A program made the position numbers and the translations under genes. From an uncultured Rhodobacterales bacterium (GTDB taxonomy: Bacteria; Pseudomonadota; Alphaproteobacteria; Rhodobacterales; Rhodobacteraceae): a stretch of DNA of 64,000 nucleotides. Location of the stretch: positions 2,909-66,908 of the forward strand of contig CALBIC010000181.1 of the NCBI GenBank assembly GCA_937892915.1. Reading direction: 5' to 3'. A model generated the notes under the pieces. The model was not told the origin of the DNA, did no database searches, and saw only the letters and a list, made by a program, of their open reading frames with translations. Shown here in pieces: positions 26,101 to 35,721 of the stretch (its first letter is position 1; each line of letters opens with the position of its first letter).

Positions 26101-26683
26101 AGGCCTTTCCGGTACCGGACCAAAGGCAGGTGGCCCGGCTTATGTCCCACGCTTCAAACGGGCCGAGACGGTGGCGGTGTTGCCTGAGGGCGGAAAACTC
26201 GCCGACATAAAGGCGGTTCAAGGTCTGCTTACTGCCGCTGTCGGCAAAGGTGGTGGCGTGCTTGAAACGCTTGATTTGCCGGGACCGACGGGCGAGTCCA
26301 ACCGCCTGTCAACCTATGGTCGCGGAACGGTTTTATGCCTTGGGCCGGGGGTGCAGGCGGCAACCGAACAGGCGCAGATTGCCAAAGCAAACGGATGCGT
26401 TCCGGTTGTGGTGGCCGAGGGGTATTCAGGACGTGATGGCGTTTCAGGCATACTACCACGCGACGTATTGCGTGATCTGGAATGTCTTGATCTGGTGGCT
26501 TTATGGTCTGACGCGACTGATCTGCGCGCCGCCCGCATGGCGCTTGCGGCGCGTGAAGGCAGGCTGATTGGATTGGTGACGGGTCACGATCTGTCCGCAC
26601 GATGCCGGATTGAACGACATATCTGCATTGACACCACGGCATCGGGCGGGAATGCCCGTTTGCTGGCGGCAGTTGCGAACTAA
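23153..26683 (+). CDS. putA: Bifunctional proline dehydrogenase / L-glutamate-gamma-semialdehyde dehydrogenase
   Basis: ORF 22949..26683. Start set at ATG 23153 (MSAPAQTSG). PRODH barrel region and an ALDH domain are present (FPLAIFTGQ, ETGGLNAMIVD, GQRCSALR). Confidence 0.9.
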   Translation: MSAPAQTSGTLAMSSLLELREIIRRYNLLEDVDCLTQLMQTNPIAETTRAAARARAVGLVHAIRGDSNPGLMEVFLAEYGLSTDEGVALMCLAEALLRVPDAYTMSALIEDKIAPSAWGTHLGHSSSSLVNASTWALMLTGKILKDDDQAGVAAVLHGAVKRLGEPVIRTAVGRAIREMGHQFVLGRSISEAIERGGKLQKQGYTFSYDMLGEAALTARDAAKYFKAYSTAIAELAGQCTSDDIRENPGISVKLSALHPRYEVGQKGRVMRELVASTLALAQQARAAGMGFNIDSEEADRLDLSLDVIQAVLRDPSLAGWNGFGVVVQAYGKRAPYVLDWLYALAAELDRKIMVRLVKGAYWDTEIKRAQVEGLAGFPVFAQKSATDVSYLLCAGKLLAMTDRIYPQFATHNAHTVAAILEMARDKTTFEFQRLQGMGESLHNIVLRQEKTRCRIYAPVGTHRDLLAYLVRRLLENGANSSFVNQIVDVDVAAETVAADPIETWAVASGRPPAAVVQPGALFGASRQNSKGWDLHDLDDLAAIDRAREVFSNHQWQAGPMISGQVEGAGEHIVVNPARPTDRVGVVVQASATDVATALAAARDWSGALAETRGDILRHAADLYEANFGELFAVLCREAGKSPADAISELREAVDFLRFYAGEGEAAGAAPARGVITCISPWNFPLAIFTGQVAAALAAGNGVLAKPAEATGLVASIAVGLLLKAGVPQAVLQLLPGRGAVVGAVLTSDKRVNGVCFTGSTATAVTVNRAMAVEIEPHAPLIAETGGLNAMIVDSTALPEQAVRDIVNGAFRSAGQRCSALRILYLQEDIATGFLEMLTGAMDELVIGDPWAFETDVGPVISSAAKADIQGHVDQARHDGRLIKQLTTPETGSFVAPAVIRVDGIGDLKREVFGPVLHVATFKASRLNRVLDQIDATGYGLTFGMHSRIDDRVNQITQRLRMGNIYINRNQIGAIVGSQPFGGEGLSGTGPKAGGPAYVPRFKRAETVAVLPEGGKLADIKAVQGLLTAAVGKGGGVLETLDLPGPTGESNRLSTYGRGTVLCLGPGVQAATEQAQIAKANGCVPVVVAEGYSGRDGVSGILPRDVLRDLECLDLVALWSDATDLRAARMALAAREGRLIGLVTGHDLSARCRIERHICIDTTASGGNARLLAAVAN

Positions 26684-26833
26684 CAGCAAGGCCGCGTTGG
26701 GTTTTTGTTCTTTGAGCCGGTGCAAAGCCCGCTGACAAGAACCAACCCGCTGAAGCGTTTTCAGCGAGTTGACTTCTCATCGGGCGATCATCGGCGTCCC
26801 CGCCTGTACCGCCACTTCAGTTTCACTGAAAAT

Positions 26834-26960
26834 CCCTTCTTTTCGGTTAAAATATCCTGGGGGTCCGGGGGCAAAGCCCCCGGCCCGGCCGGGGGGGCTC
26901 TGCCCCCCTGGCGCAATTAAAGGAATTGCGCCCTACCCCCCGGGATATTTGTACCTCTGA
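26834..26960. repeat. Full palindromic REP/MITE-like element
   Basis: CTTCTTTTCGGTTAAAATATCCTGGGGGTCCGGGGG ... GGGGGGGCTCTGCCCCCC ... GGCGCAATTAAAGGAATTGCGCC ... CCCCCCGGGATATTTGTACC. This is a paralog of the copy at 14050-14163. Confidence 0.8.
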
Positions 26961-26994
26961 GAATCGACGGAACAGTTAAGGCAAACCCGCTACT

Positions 26995-28434
26995 TTATTC
27001 GGCAGCCCAACCGCTGACGGCTTTGACCTCTAGGTAGTCTTCCAGGCCCCAAACGCCGCCCTCGCGCCCGTTGCCAGACATTTTGTAGCCGCCAAACGGC
27101 GCTCCTGCACTGCGGGGTTTGCCGTTCATTTCAACCATCCCGGCCCGTAAACGACGGGCCACGCGTGACGCTTTGGCGGCATCCTGTGTCTGGACGTAGT
27201 CGGTCAGACCGTAAGGTGTGTCATTTGCGATCTGGATCGCTTCTTCTTCGGTGTCAAACGGGATCATCGACAGGACGGGGCCAAAGATTTCTTCGCGTGC
27301 GATGGTCATTTGATTATTCACATCCGCAAACACCGTCGGGCGGACAAAATAGCCACGGTTCAGATCTTCGGGGCGACCGGGGCCACCGGCGATCAGGCGG
27401 GCACCTTCGTTGATGCCGACTTCGATCAGGCCCTGGATCTTGTTCCATTGCGCCTCTGACACAACGGGGCCTATATGGCGGCCAGCGTCTTCGGAGTGAC
27501 CGACGGTGATTTTGGCCGCAGTTGCGGCGGCGGTTGCTACAGCCGCGTCATAAATCTCGCGCTGCACCAGCATTCGGGTCGGGGCGTTGCAGGATTGGCC
27601 GGTATTGTTCATGCAATGCATCACACCACGCGCAACCGCGTTTTCGTCGGCATCGGCAAAGACGATATTTGCCCCCTTGCCGCCCAGTTCCAGACTGACA
27701 CGTTTTACCGTGTCGGCAGCGTTTTTCTGGATCGCGGTTCCGGCACGGGTGGAACCGGTGAAGGAAATCATATCGACATCCTTGTGGCCGGAAAGTTGCG
27801 TCCCGACACCCAGACCGTCGCCATTCACCAGGTTGAAAACGCCAGCCGGGAACCCGGCCTGATCAACCATTTCGGCAAACAACATACCTGAAAGCGGCGC
27901 GATTTCCGAGGGCTTCAGGATCATCGTGCAGCCAGTGGCCATGGCCGGGATCGCCTTCAAAGCAATCTGGTTCATTGGCCAGTTCCACGGGGTAATCATG
28001 CCGACCACGCCGATCGGTTCCATCAGAATACGGTCGTTCGGGGCGTGATCGCCCAGCATCCGGTCAAATTCAAACCCTTTGAAGGCGCGGATGAAGTTGG
28101 TCATGTGAAAGGCACCGGTGCCGACTTGCGAGGTGCGGGCCAGATCAATCGGCGCACCCATTTCAAGGCTGATCGCCTGTGCCATTTCCTCGGATCGGGA
28201 TTTGTAAACCTCGAGCAATTTTTCGATCAACGCAAGGCGCTGTTCCTTTGGCGTATCCATCCAGGGCTCGAACGCCGCGCGTGCCGCAGCGACAGCCGCG
28301 TTTGTATCGGCTTGGGAGCCCAGCGAGATCACCGCACAGGGTTCTTCGTTTGACGGGTTGATGACCTCGAGATCATTCGGGGTCGAAGGGGCGACCCATT
28401 GGCCATTGATATAGAATTGGCGTTTGTCCAGCAT
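26995..28434 (-). CDS. NAD(P)-dependent aldehyde dehydrogenase family protein
   Basis: ORF 26995..28482. Start set at ATG 28434 (MLDKRQFYINGQWV). Motifs ITPWNWP, ELGGKG and the catalytic Cys in GQSCNAP are present. Confidence 0.85.
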   Translation of the reverse strand: MLDKRQFYINGQWVAPSTPNDLEVINPSNEEPCAVISLGSQADTNAAVAAARAAFEPWMDTPKEQRLALIEKLLEVYKSRSEEMAQAISLEMGAPIDLARTSQVGTGAFHMTNFIRAFKGFEFDRMLGDHAPNDRILMEPIGVVGMITPWNWPMNQIALKAIPAMATGCTMILKPSEIAPLSGMLFAEMVDQAGFPAGVFNLVNGDGLGVGTQLSGHKDVDMISFTGSTRAGTAIQKNAADTVKRVSLELGGKGANIVFADADENAVARGVMHCMNNTGQSCNAPTRMLVQREIYDAAVATAAATAAKITVGHSEDAGRHIGPVVSEAQWNKIQGLIEVGINEGARLIAGGPGRPEDLNRGYFVRPTVFADVNNQMTIAREEIFGPVLSMIPFDTEEEAIQIANDTPYGLTDYVQTQDAAKASRVARRLRAGMVEMNGKPRSAGAPFGGYKMSGNGREGGVWGLEDYLEVKAVSGWAAE

Positions 28435-28665
28435 GATTGGCTCCTGTGAAAATGTGGGAATAATTTGGCGGCACAGTCTCAAATGGGCGTGGGGGATGCA
28501 AGGGGGTGGTGATACAGCGGGCGTATGACGTGGGGTTTTTTTAGGGGTTGGCCGAAAAATGAATGCGCAAAAGACAAAGATTTCCGTTGAAATGAAGGTG
28601 TCCCGACCCTTGTTGTCTGATTTTCATGCGAGCCACTTACTGCATTATACACGCAGGTCAGTTCC

Positions 28666-28696
28666 AATAAAAAAGGCCCCACGAAGGGGCCTTTTC
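28666..28696 (-). terminator. Rho-independent terminator of pnp
   Basis: On the minus strand, GGCCCCTTCGTGGGGCC is followed by TTTTTTATT. It lies about 25 nt after the pnp stop. Confidence 0.8.
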
Positions 28697-28717
28697 CGAA
28701 TTTTCTGAAAAGAAGAC

Positions 28718-30847
28718 TTATGCGTCTTCTTTTTCGCCTTTGATCTCTTCGCCAGTTTCCTGATCGACGACTTTCATCGACAGGCGAACCTTGCCGCGAT
28801 CGTCAAAGCCCATCAGTTTGACTTTGACCTCCTGGCCTTCGGTCAGGATGTCCTTCGGATGGTTCACCCGCTCGTTTGACAGCTGGCTGACATGCACAAG
28901 GCCGTCGCGTTTGCCAAAGAAGTTTACGAATGCGCCGAAATCCATCAGCTTGACGACTTTGCCGGTGTAGATCTTGCCTGTTTCAGGCTCGGCCACGATC
29001 GACCAGATCAAGTCATAGGCCTTCTTGATCGAGTCCGCATTCGGCGATGCAATCTTGATGATGCCTTCGTCGTTGATATCGACTTTTGCGCCCGACAGTT
29101 CAACGATCTCGCGGATCACTTTGCCTCCGGTGCCAATCACTTCGCGGATTTTGTCCGGGTTGATCTGCATGGTTTCGATACGTGGCGCATGTTCCGAGAA
29201 TTGACCGGCTTCGGTCAATGCGTTGGCCATTTCAGCAAGGATATGCAGGCGGCCATCTTTGGCTTGCGCCAAGGCTTTGCCCATAATCTCGGGCGTGATG
29301 CCGGCAACTTTGATGTCCATTTGCAAGGAAGTGATGCCGTTGGCAGTGCCCGCAACTTTGAAATCCATGTCACCAAGATGATCTTCGTCACCAAGGATGT
29401 CGGTGAGAACGGCAAAGTCTTCGCCTTCAAGGATCAGACCCATGGCCACACCGGCAACCGGCGCTTTCAAGGGAACGCCAGCGTCCATCATTGACAGCGA
29501 ACCACCGCAAACCGACGCCATCGAGGATGAGCCGTTTGACTCAGTGATCTCGGACACAACGCGGATTGTATAAGGAAAGTCGGTTGCAGCAGGCAGAACC
29601 GCCTGAAGCGCACGCCATGCCAGTTTGCCATGGCCGATTTCGCGACGCCCCGGGCCCATCATACGGCCAGCTTCACCAACCGAATAAGGAGGGAAGTTGT
29701 AATGAAGCATGAAGTTCGACTTGTAGGTGCCATTCAGCGCGTCGATCATCTGTTCATCGTCGCCGGTGCCCAAAGTGGTGACAACCATCGCTTGCGTTTC
29801 ACCGCGAGTAAACAGGGCAGACCCGTGGGTACGGGGCAGCAACTGCACTTCGGAAACAATCGGGCGCACGGTGGTCAGGTCACGGCCGTCAATCCGTTTA
29901 CCGGTTTTGATGATGTCACCACGTACAACGGCGCTTTCCAGTTTCTTGAAGCACGAACCGAGATTGGCATCTGCCTGATCCTCGGCCGACAGGCTTTCGG
30001 TGATCAGCGTCCGTGCCGCGGAAATCGCCGTGGTGCGTTCCTGTTTGTCGGTGTTCCCGAAAGCGGCCCGCATGGCGTTTTCGCCAGCGGCCTGAACTTT
30101 TGTATAAAGCTCGGAATAATCGGCAGGCTGGAAGTTGAACGGTTCTTTTGCAGCGGCTTCAGCCATATCAATGATCAGGTCAATCACTGGCTGAATTGCC
30201 TGGTGGCCAAAGTTGACCGCGCCCAGCATTTCGTCTTCCGACAATTCGTAAGCTTCGCTTTCAACCATCATCACGGCGTCTTTGGTACCAGCAACGACCA
30301 AATCCAGACGCTGTTCAGGATTTTCCCGCAGCTTGTGCATGTCGTCAACCGATGGGTTCAGCACGTATTCGCCGTTGACGTAACCAACGCGGCAAGCGCC
30401 TATCGGGCCACGGAATGGCGCGCCTGACAGGGTCAGTGCAGCCGATGCTGCGATCATCGCAACCATGTCCGGGTCATTTTCCAGATCATGCGACAGAACC
30501 GTACAGATCACCTGTGTTTCGTGCTTAAAGCCCGGAACGAACAACGGGCGGATCGGACGGTCGATCAGGCGCGATGTCAGAGTTTCTTTTTCGGTTGGGC
30601 GGGCTTCACGCTTGAAAAAGCCACCGGGAATTTTGCCTGCAGCGTAATACTTTTCCTGATAATGTACGGTCAGCGGGAAAAAGTCGAAACCGGCTTTGGG
30701 TTTCTTTTCAAATACAACGGCACATAGAACCGAGGTTTCGCCTAGCGTTGCGATCACTGTCGCATCGGCCTGACGGGCAATCTTGCCTGTTTCCAGTGTC
30801 AGCGTTTCACCGCCCCACTGTATTGATTTCTTAACTTCGTTAAACAT
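28718..30847 (-). CDS. pnp: Polyribonucleotide nucleotidyltransferase (PNPase)
   Basis: 709 aa with two RNase PH domains, a KH domain and an S1 domain ([18 protein letters not shown]). Confidence 0.95.
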   Translation of the reverse strand: MFNEVKKSIQWGGETLTLETGKIARQADATVIATLGETSVLCAVVFEKKPKAGFDFFPLTVHYQEKYYAAGKIPGGFFKREARPTEKETLTSRLIDRPIRPLFVPGFKHETQVICTVLSHDLENDPDMVAMIAASAALTLSGAPFRGPIGACRVGYVNGEYVLNPSVDDMHKLRENPEQRLDLVVAGTKDAVMMVESEAYELSEDEMLGAVNFGHQAIQPVIDLIIDMAEAAAKEPFNFQPADYSELYTKVQAAGENAMRAAFGNTDKQERTTAISAARTLITESLSAEDQADANLGSCFKKLESAVVRGDIIKTGKRIDGRDLTTVRPIVSEVQLLPRTHGSALFTRGETQAMVVTTLGTGDDEQMIDALNGTYKSNFMLHYNFPPYSVGEAGRMMGPGRREIGHGKLAWRALQAVLPAATDFPYTIRVVSEITESNGSSSMASVCGGSLSMMDAGVPLKAPVAGVAMGLILEGEDFAVLTDILGDEDHLGDMDFKVAGTANGITSLQMDIKVAGITPEIMGKALAQAKDGRLHILAEMANALTEAGQFSEHAPRIETMQINPDKIREVIGTGGKVIREIVELSGAKVDINDEGIIKIASPNADSIKKAYDLIWSIVAEPETGKIYTGKVVKLMDFGAFVNFFGKRDGLVHVSQLSNERVNHPKDILTEGQEVKVKLMGFDDRGKVRLSMKVVDQETGEEIKGEKEDA

Positions 30848-30861
30848 TTTGTTTCCTAGCT

Positions 30862-30921
30862 GGGAGCACTCCCGGGCCTTCCCGGGTCTCCCTTTTTTAA
30901 AATGGCGGCCCCATTGCCGCC
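30862..30921 (-). promoter_or_regulatory. Structured pnp 5' leader (two GC-rich hairpins just upstream of the RBS)
   Basis: The first hairpin is GGGAG..CCCGGG-CCTT-CCCGGG..CTCCC (30862-30892). The second is GGCGGC-CCCATT-GCCGCC (30904-30921). On the minus strand the order is hairpin, ATTTTAAAAAA, hairpin, AGGAAAC, ATG. Confidence 0.45.
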
Positions 30922-31050
30922 GACCCCCTTCATCATCTCATGCGCCGGAGTCACAGCGTCACGTCTCAGATAGAGCGCCCCTTACAGCAGATCCAGCAGG
31001 AAGGAAAGTGTAGAAACAGGCACGGTTGTTGAGGTTTAATCTGTGCCCGG

Positions 31051-31278
31051 TCAGAGAAACTGCATGTAACGCAGGCGATAGGCTTCAGGGCCTTCGGACC
31101 AGTTGCCCGCCTGCTGGTTGGCATGGCTGCGGGGTTTGCCGCCGGGCAGGGGCGTGGTGCCGGTGCGGCCAAGCGCGATTGCGAGGCCGAACAGCACCTG
31201 TATCAGACGAGCAGACAAGCACACCGGCGCTTTGAAGCTGGCGAAGGAAGGGGCTTGGGCATGGGTAAGATCGGTCAT
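31051..31278 (-). CDS. Hypothetical small membrane protein (75 aa)
   Basis: GGAG lies 6 nt upstream of the ATG. Third-codon-position GC is high, consistent with real coding. One hydrophobic helix (LIQVLFGLAIALG). No family recognised. Confidence 0.4.
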   Translation of the reverse strand: MTDLTHAQAPSFASFKAPVCLSARLIQVLFGLAIALGRTGTTPLPGGKPRSHANQQAGNWSEGPEAYRLRYMQFL

Positions 31279-31389
31279 CGGTGGCTCCGTGGGTTTGTCT
31301 TTTTGATGACCCCACCTTGCGCCGCCCGCGTTTATCCGCAGTCAGCGGCGCGACAATTCCCGTGGCCATGTCGCGTTAAACCGGGTTGA

Positions 31390-33346
31390 ATGCGCGTCAA
31401 AGGACATCAAATTTTGGAAAACGGCGCGGCTTTGACCTTTCAGGTAGACCTCATTGGCAGTTTTGCCATTTTCCGCGACGGCGCACAGTTCGATCTGCGC
31501 AATAAAAAAGCGCAGGCGCTGTTGGTTTAACTGGCGTTGACCGGCAAGGCGCATTCGCGTGAAAAGCTGGCAACGCTGTTGTGGGGCGACAGATTTGAAG
31601 ATCAGGCGCGGCGCAGTCTGCGCCAGGGCGTTTTTGCCCTGCGCAAGGAACTTGGCGCGGACGTTATCATCGGCGAGGCCGATCTGCGGGTGCCGCGGGA
31701 TATTTTTGCGGTCGATGCTCTGACCCTGACGCCCGATCGCGACTATCCCGGTGACCTGCTTGCGGATTTTCGCACCGGCGAGGCGGAATTTGACGACTGG
31801 CTGACCGCCGAACGCAGCCGCATACGCAGCGAGGCGGCGCTGATGTATCGCGATCATGCCGACAGGCTGGACAAAACCGGCAAGCCGGAACAGGTGCTGG
31901 TGGCTGCGGAGCAGGCGTTGGCGCTGTAGCCTTTTGACGAAAGATTTGCGCGGCTGGTGATCGCGCTGTTGGCAGGGCTTGGCCGCCGATAAGAAGCACT
32001 GGCGCGCCATGCTGTCTTTCGGGATGCGTTGAAAACAGAACTGGGTGTGGAGCCCGAAACGGCCACGCAGGCGCTGGAGGCACAGATCAGGGCGGACGAG
32101 GGCGAGGCACCGGTGCCAATGTCGCCGGCTCGAAAAGGCGGCGGTCAACAAATGCTGATCGCGCCATTTGAGGATCTGGGCGGCGGTGACACGGCCAGCT
32201 TTCTGGCCAAGGAAATGCCGCTGGAAATCGTAAAACGCTTTCGGTCCCGCAACTTCAACTCGGCCAATCTACTGGTCGGCGCCGCGCCGGGGGCAGACCT
32301 GAGCGAGATGCTCAATCTGGCGCGCGCGGCACAGGGTATCTGGCTTGTCACCGGCACGACCCGACAACTGGGCGAGCGAATCCGCATCGCCATCACAGGC
32401 GTCGATATCGCCAGCGGTGATATCACAGTGACAGAAACCGAAGTCATTCCTGAGGCGGAAAGTTTCGAGTTTCTGGAACGGGTCGGTGCTATAGTCACCA
32501 ACATGTTTCGCTTGCGCTACCGCAAAATCGAACGCATCGACGCCAAGGTGCTGGAGCGGCTGGAGGAATTGTGCGGCGATCCGGACCGTTTTTACGGCGT
32601 GGCAAACGACTTTTTTCGCAAGCTTTCCTGGCCAGCGTTGCGCGCGAAAATATGGTGGCGCTTGAACGGGCCTCGGATTTTGCGATTTCGGTTTTCCCAG
32701 AAATGCATCCTATCACGCCATGAAAGGCTGGGCGCATTACTCGGTCACGGATTTTTTGAATTAAAAAATACGATACGACGGGATCGCGGCGGCGATCGGA
32801 TATTTCGACTACGCGCTTGCGCTTGATAGCAAGGATGGCATGGCACTGGTTGGAAAAGCTTAGGCATCCTATTGGCTGGGCGATTTCACCACCACCGACC
32901 GGATTCTTGACTCATTCGATGCAGGCGGTTTTGAAATGCCCATTGCTCTAATGGTGCGCGGGAACTCATCGATTTTTCGCGGCAGGTATGAGGATGGTAT
33001 CGCCTCTTTGCATCTGGCGATTGCAAATGAGTCGGGGATGTCCAACCTGTCTTACTGGAACGCGACGCTCGCGCTTGGGTATTACTGTCTGGGCGATTTT
33101 GGAAAGGCGCTTGTTACCGTGACTGCCTCTCAGGAATTCGGTACCCAATACTGGCTGGGTCACCTCGTGAAAATCGCGACCCTTGCCCGGCTGGGGCGGC
33201 TGGAGGAATGCCCGGCGGCAATTGCGGCCTACACGGCGGAATATCCCGGTGCGACGGCCAGTGAAAACGACTGGATGCCGTTTACCGACAAGGCGGTGTT
33301 GCAGGATTTCCTGTCAGTGTTGCGCGAGGCCGGCCTGCCTGAATAA
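31390..33346 (+). pseudogene. Decayed SARP/BTAD-type regulator (winged-helix + BTAD + TolB-like + TPR architecture)
   Basis: A reading frame from ATG 31390 is broken by in-frame stops at 31528-30 (TAA), 31927-29 (TAG) and about 31987 (TAA). At least one frameshift lies between 32700 and 32936. Pieces read LATLLWGDRFEDQARRSLRQ, DWLTAERSRI, LKTELGVEPETATQALEAQI, IAPFEDLGGGDTASFLAKEM and a C-terminal TPR-like end ...LREAGLPE. Confidence 0.75.
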
Positions 33347-33365
33347 GTCTGGCTACGGAACAAAG

Positions 33366-33399
33366 CAGAACGCCCGCTTGGTCGCAAGCGGGCGTTCTG
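33366..33399 (-). terminator. Strong hairpin terminator downstream of rpsO (potentially bidirectional)
   Basis: CAGAACGCCCGCTTG-GTCG-CAAGCGGGCGTTCTG, a perfect 15-bp stem. On the minus strand it is followed by CTTTGTT. Confidence 0.65.
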
Positions 33400-33426
33400 T
33401 GATTTCTAAACCGATCGGTGCAGACT

Positions 33427-33696
33427 TTAGCGGCGGATATTCAGCCGTTCAATCAGGCTTTTATACCGCGCTTCGTCTTTGCTTTTGGTGTAATCCAGCA
33501 ATTTGCGTCGCGTCGCGACCATCGTCAAAAGACCACGGCGGGAATGGTTATCCTTTTTGTGGGTCTTGAAGTGTTCGGTCAGTGTAGAGATGCGCGCAGT
33601 CAGAATTGCGACCTGAACTTCGGGCGAACCAGTGTCGCCTTCTTTCGTTGCGTATTCTTTGATCAGTTGTTCTTTTAGTGCAGGCGTTATCGACAT
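33427..33696 (-). CDS. rpsO: 30S ribosomal protein S15
   Basis: ORF 33427..33768. Start set at ATG 33696 ([15 protein letters not shown]...[11 protein letters not shown]...HSRRGLL), 89 aa, with AAAGGAGA upstream. Confidence 0.95.
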   Translation of the reverse strand: MSITPALKEQLIKEYATKEGDTGSPEVQVAILTARISTLTEHFKTHKKDNHSRRGLLTMVATRRKLLDYTKSKDEARYKSLIERLNIRR

Positions 33697-33842
33697 CGGG
33701 GTCTCCTTTAAAAGGTTAAGGTGAATGGCGCAGGCCGGGATGTCGTCCAGCAAGGCCCTTGGAGGCATCCACCCAATGCGGGAAGATGCGCGCGTATAGG
33801 GGAATTCTGGCGCAAAGGAAAGCGCAAAAGCCCTAATGCATC

Positions 33843-34127
33843 TTATTGCTGGATACGTTCAGCGATCTGTGCGGCCCATTCGCCGATGATCGGGATGAAA
33901 TTGATCTGCGCCAGCGAGAAAACCAGCAAAGACACGACAAGGGTAGCTCCTAAAAAGCTGCCCAATCCAAAGGCTAACCCACCCAAAAACCGAAAAGCCA
34001 GCAACCGAACGGGCGAGTTTTGTCGCTTTAAAAACGTCTGGTTATTCAGCCGCTCCAGTCCCTGAGCAAGGCTTGCAAGCTGGTTTTTCAGATCGTTTTC
34101 ATCATCCGGTTGTTCGGCTTGTGCCAT
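33843..34127 (-). CDS. DUF5665-like small membrane protein
   Basis: 94 aa with a Gly-rich TM hairpin ([28 protein letters not shown]). The family assignment is from memory. Confidence 0.6.
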   Translation of the reverse strand: MAQAEQPDDENDLKNQLASLAQGLERLNNQTFLKRQNSPVRLLAFRFLGGLAFGLGSFLGATLVVSLLVFSLAQINFIPIIGEWAAQIAERIQQ

Positions 34128-34598
34128 AATCTGTCTCTTTCTTGCATGCGTTACTGCAGGATTGGTTCTGGAACGGAAACAGTCAAGGTTTTTTGGACAC
34201 TCTGTGCCGGTTTGCGAAACGATACGTCAAATTTAGCACTTAATTTCAACACCTTATTGACAAAATTCTGGCGGTTGTCGATTGCCTTTAGTAAGTTTGC
34301 TGCATCTGGGGAATCGCCTTGATCGGAACCACAGCGGGGGCTGTGCCGGTCATTTCGGGGCGAAGAAGTGGGGCCTTTCATGTGTTTCGGCACATGCTGG
34401 AAGGTTTGTGTGATGTCTTTTCTAGTTCTGTCGGGCGCAAGTGCGCTGAAACAATCTGCGATATTTTCTTTGGCCTCGGCTTTGGCGACAAGAACCGGCG
34501 CTCAGGGCGTTCCGGTGCAAAATACGGCTGTGGTTTTACCGGATCAGGCGGTTTTCGCGGCGGCATCGGTGCAAGTCCGAAATTTTACCCGTGGCTAG

Positions 34599-34793
34599 AT
34601 GATCATGGGTTTTGATCCGGCCACAGACACAGTCGAGCTTGATTGTTATGCGGCAGAAGGGCTGCCCAAGGTTTCTGTTACCGATTTTCCCGACGGTGCC
34701 GGTGCCGAAATCAGGTTGAACGGTTCGCTTGTTGCGAACATCGAAGGGGCCGCTGTCCTGAGACCTGAAAACGTAATTTTGGTTGCGCTGTGA
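34599..34793 (+). CDS. Stand-alone copy of the C-terminal module shared with the two downstream RTX-type proteins
   Basis: 64 aa. IMGFDPATDTVELD...VSVTDFPDGAGAEIRLNGSLVANIEGA aligns with the C-termini of the 34825 and 35722 proteins. It is preceded in the same frame by ORF 34413..34595 and a single TAG (34596-98). Confidence 0.45.
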   Translation: MIMGFDPATDTVELDCYAAEGLPKVSVTDFPDGAGAEIRLNGSLVANIEGAAVLRPENVILVAL

Positions 34794-34824
34794 TCCGATC
34801 GAATTTTGGGAAGTGAATTAACAG

Positions 34825-35604
34825 ATGGAACTATTGATCTTCGGTGGAATTTTGATCGTGTCCTATTTGTTGGACACGGTTTTTGACATTTTCACCAACG
34901 ACGACCCGTCCGTCTCGTTAGATGCTACGTCGGGCGACGATGTCTTAACCGGCACCAACGGCGACGACTTCCTCAGCGGTTTGGCGGGGGATGACCTGAT
35001 CACCGGATTGCGTGGGTCAGATCTGCTGGACGGTGGGGCAGGCAACGATACGCTTGTCGGTAATGAAGGGTCCGATCTGTTGGATGGCGGGGCTGGCGAC
35101 GATACGGTGATCGGCGGGTTTGGCAATGACGTGCTGTTGGGCGGCGCGGGCAGCGATACGCTGACCGGCCATACTGGCAGCGACTTTCTGGTTGGTGGCG
35201 GTTCTGCGGCGCTCGAGGCTTTTCTGGTGACCGGTGTTGGTGTCGTTGGCTTTGACGATTTTGCCGACCGCGAAGCAGACAGCTTGAACGGCGGCGCGGG
35301 CTCGGATGTGCTGGTGTTGGACCGGTCCGATACCGGAACCGGTGGCGACGGGGCTGACGCATTCGTTGTCTTTGAAAGCGCTGATCAAACTGGTTCGGCC
35401 ACGATCACTGATTTCGATCAGTCGGCTGACAGCCTGATTATCGATTACCGAGCGGCCGACTTTGCCGTGGTGCCAACCGTTACCGTTGTTGATTTCACTG
35501 ACGGCACCGGCGCTGACATTCTGATGGACGGTGTTCTGGTGGCCCAGGTCACCGGCGCTCAGGGTCTGAGTGCCTCGTCCGTTTCGATCGAGGCTTTGGC
35601 ATGA
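34825..35604 (+). CDS. RTX-type (hemolysin-type Ca-binding repeat) protein with N-terminal hydrophobic anchor
   Basis: 259 aa. N-terminal helix MELLIFGGILIVSYLL, then about 10 GGxGxD-type nonapeptides (GGAGNDTLVGNEGSDLLDGGAGDDTVIGG...). C-terminal module ITDFDQSADSLIIDY...VVDFTDGTGADILMDGVLVAQV. Confidence 0.8.
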   Translation: MELLIFGGILIVSYLLDTVFDIFTNDDPSVSLDATSGDDVLTGTNGDDFLSGLAGDDLITGLRGSDLLDGGAGNDTLVGNEGSDLLDGGAGDDTVIGGFGNDVLLGGAGSDTLTGHTGSDFLVGGGSAALEAFLVTGVGVVGFDDFADREADSLNGGAGSDVLVLDRSDTGTGGDGADAFVVFESADQTGSATITDFDQSADSLIIDYRAADFAVVPTVTVVDFTDGTGADILMDGVLVAQVTGAQGLSASSVSIEALA

Positions 35605-35721
35605 CGAATTTTGTGAAACATGTAACGATGGGGTGAAGTTATGATTTCTGGGGTGGGGATGACGCTGCTGATAATGGCAGGCGTGCTGTTTACCGGGTTG
35701 CTGTTCGAGTCGTTTTAAGAT

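Noticed and set aside
34151-34393. 80-aa minus-strand ORF upstream of the DUF5665-like gene
   Set aside because: It lies in the AT-richest stretch of the window (likely a divergent promoter region). No RBS is evident, the N-terminal half is Ser/Pro/Arg-rich junk-like sequence, and no family resemblance was seen.
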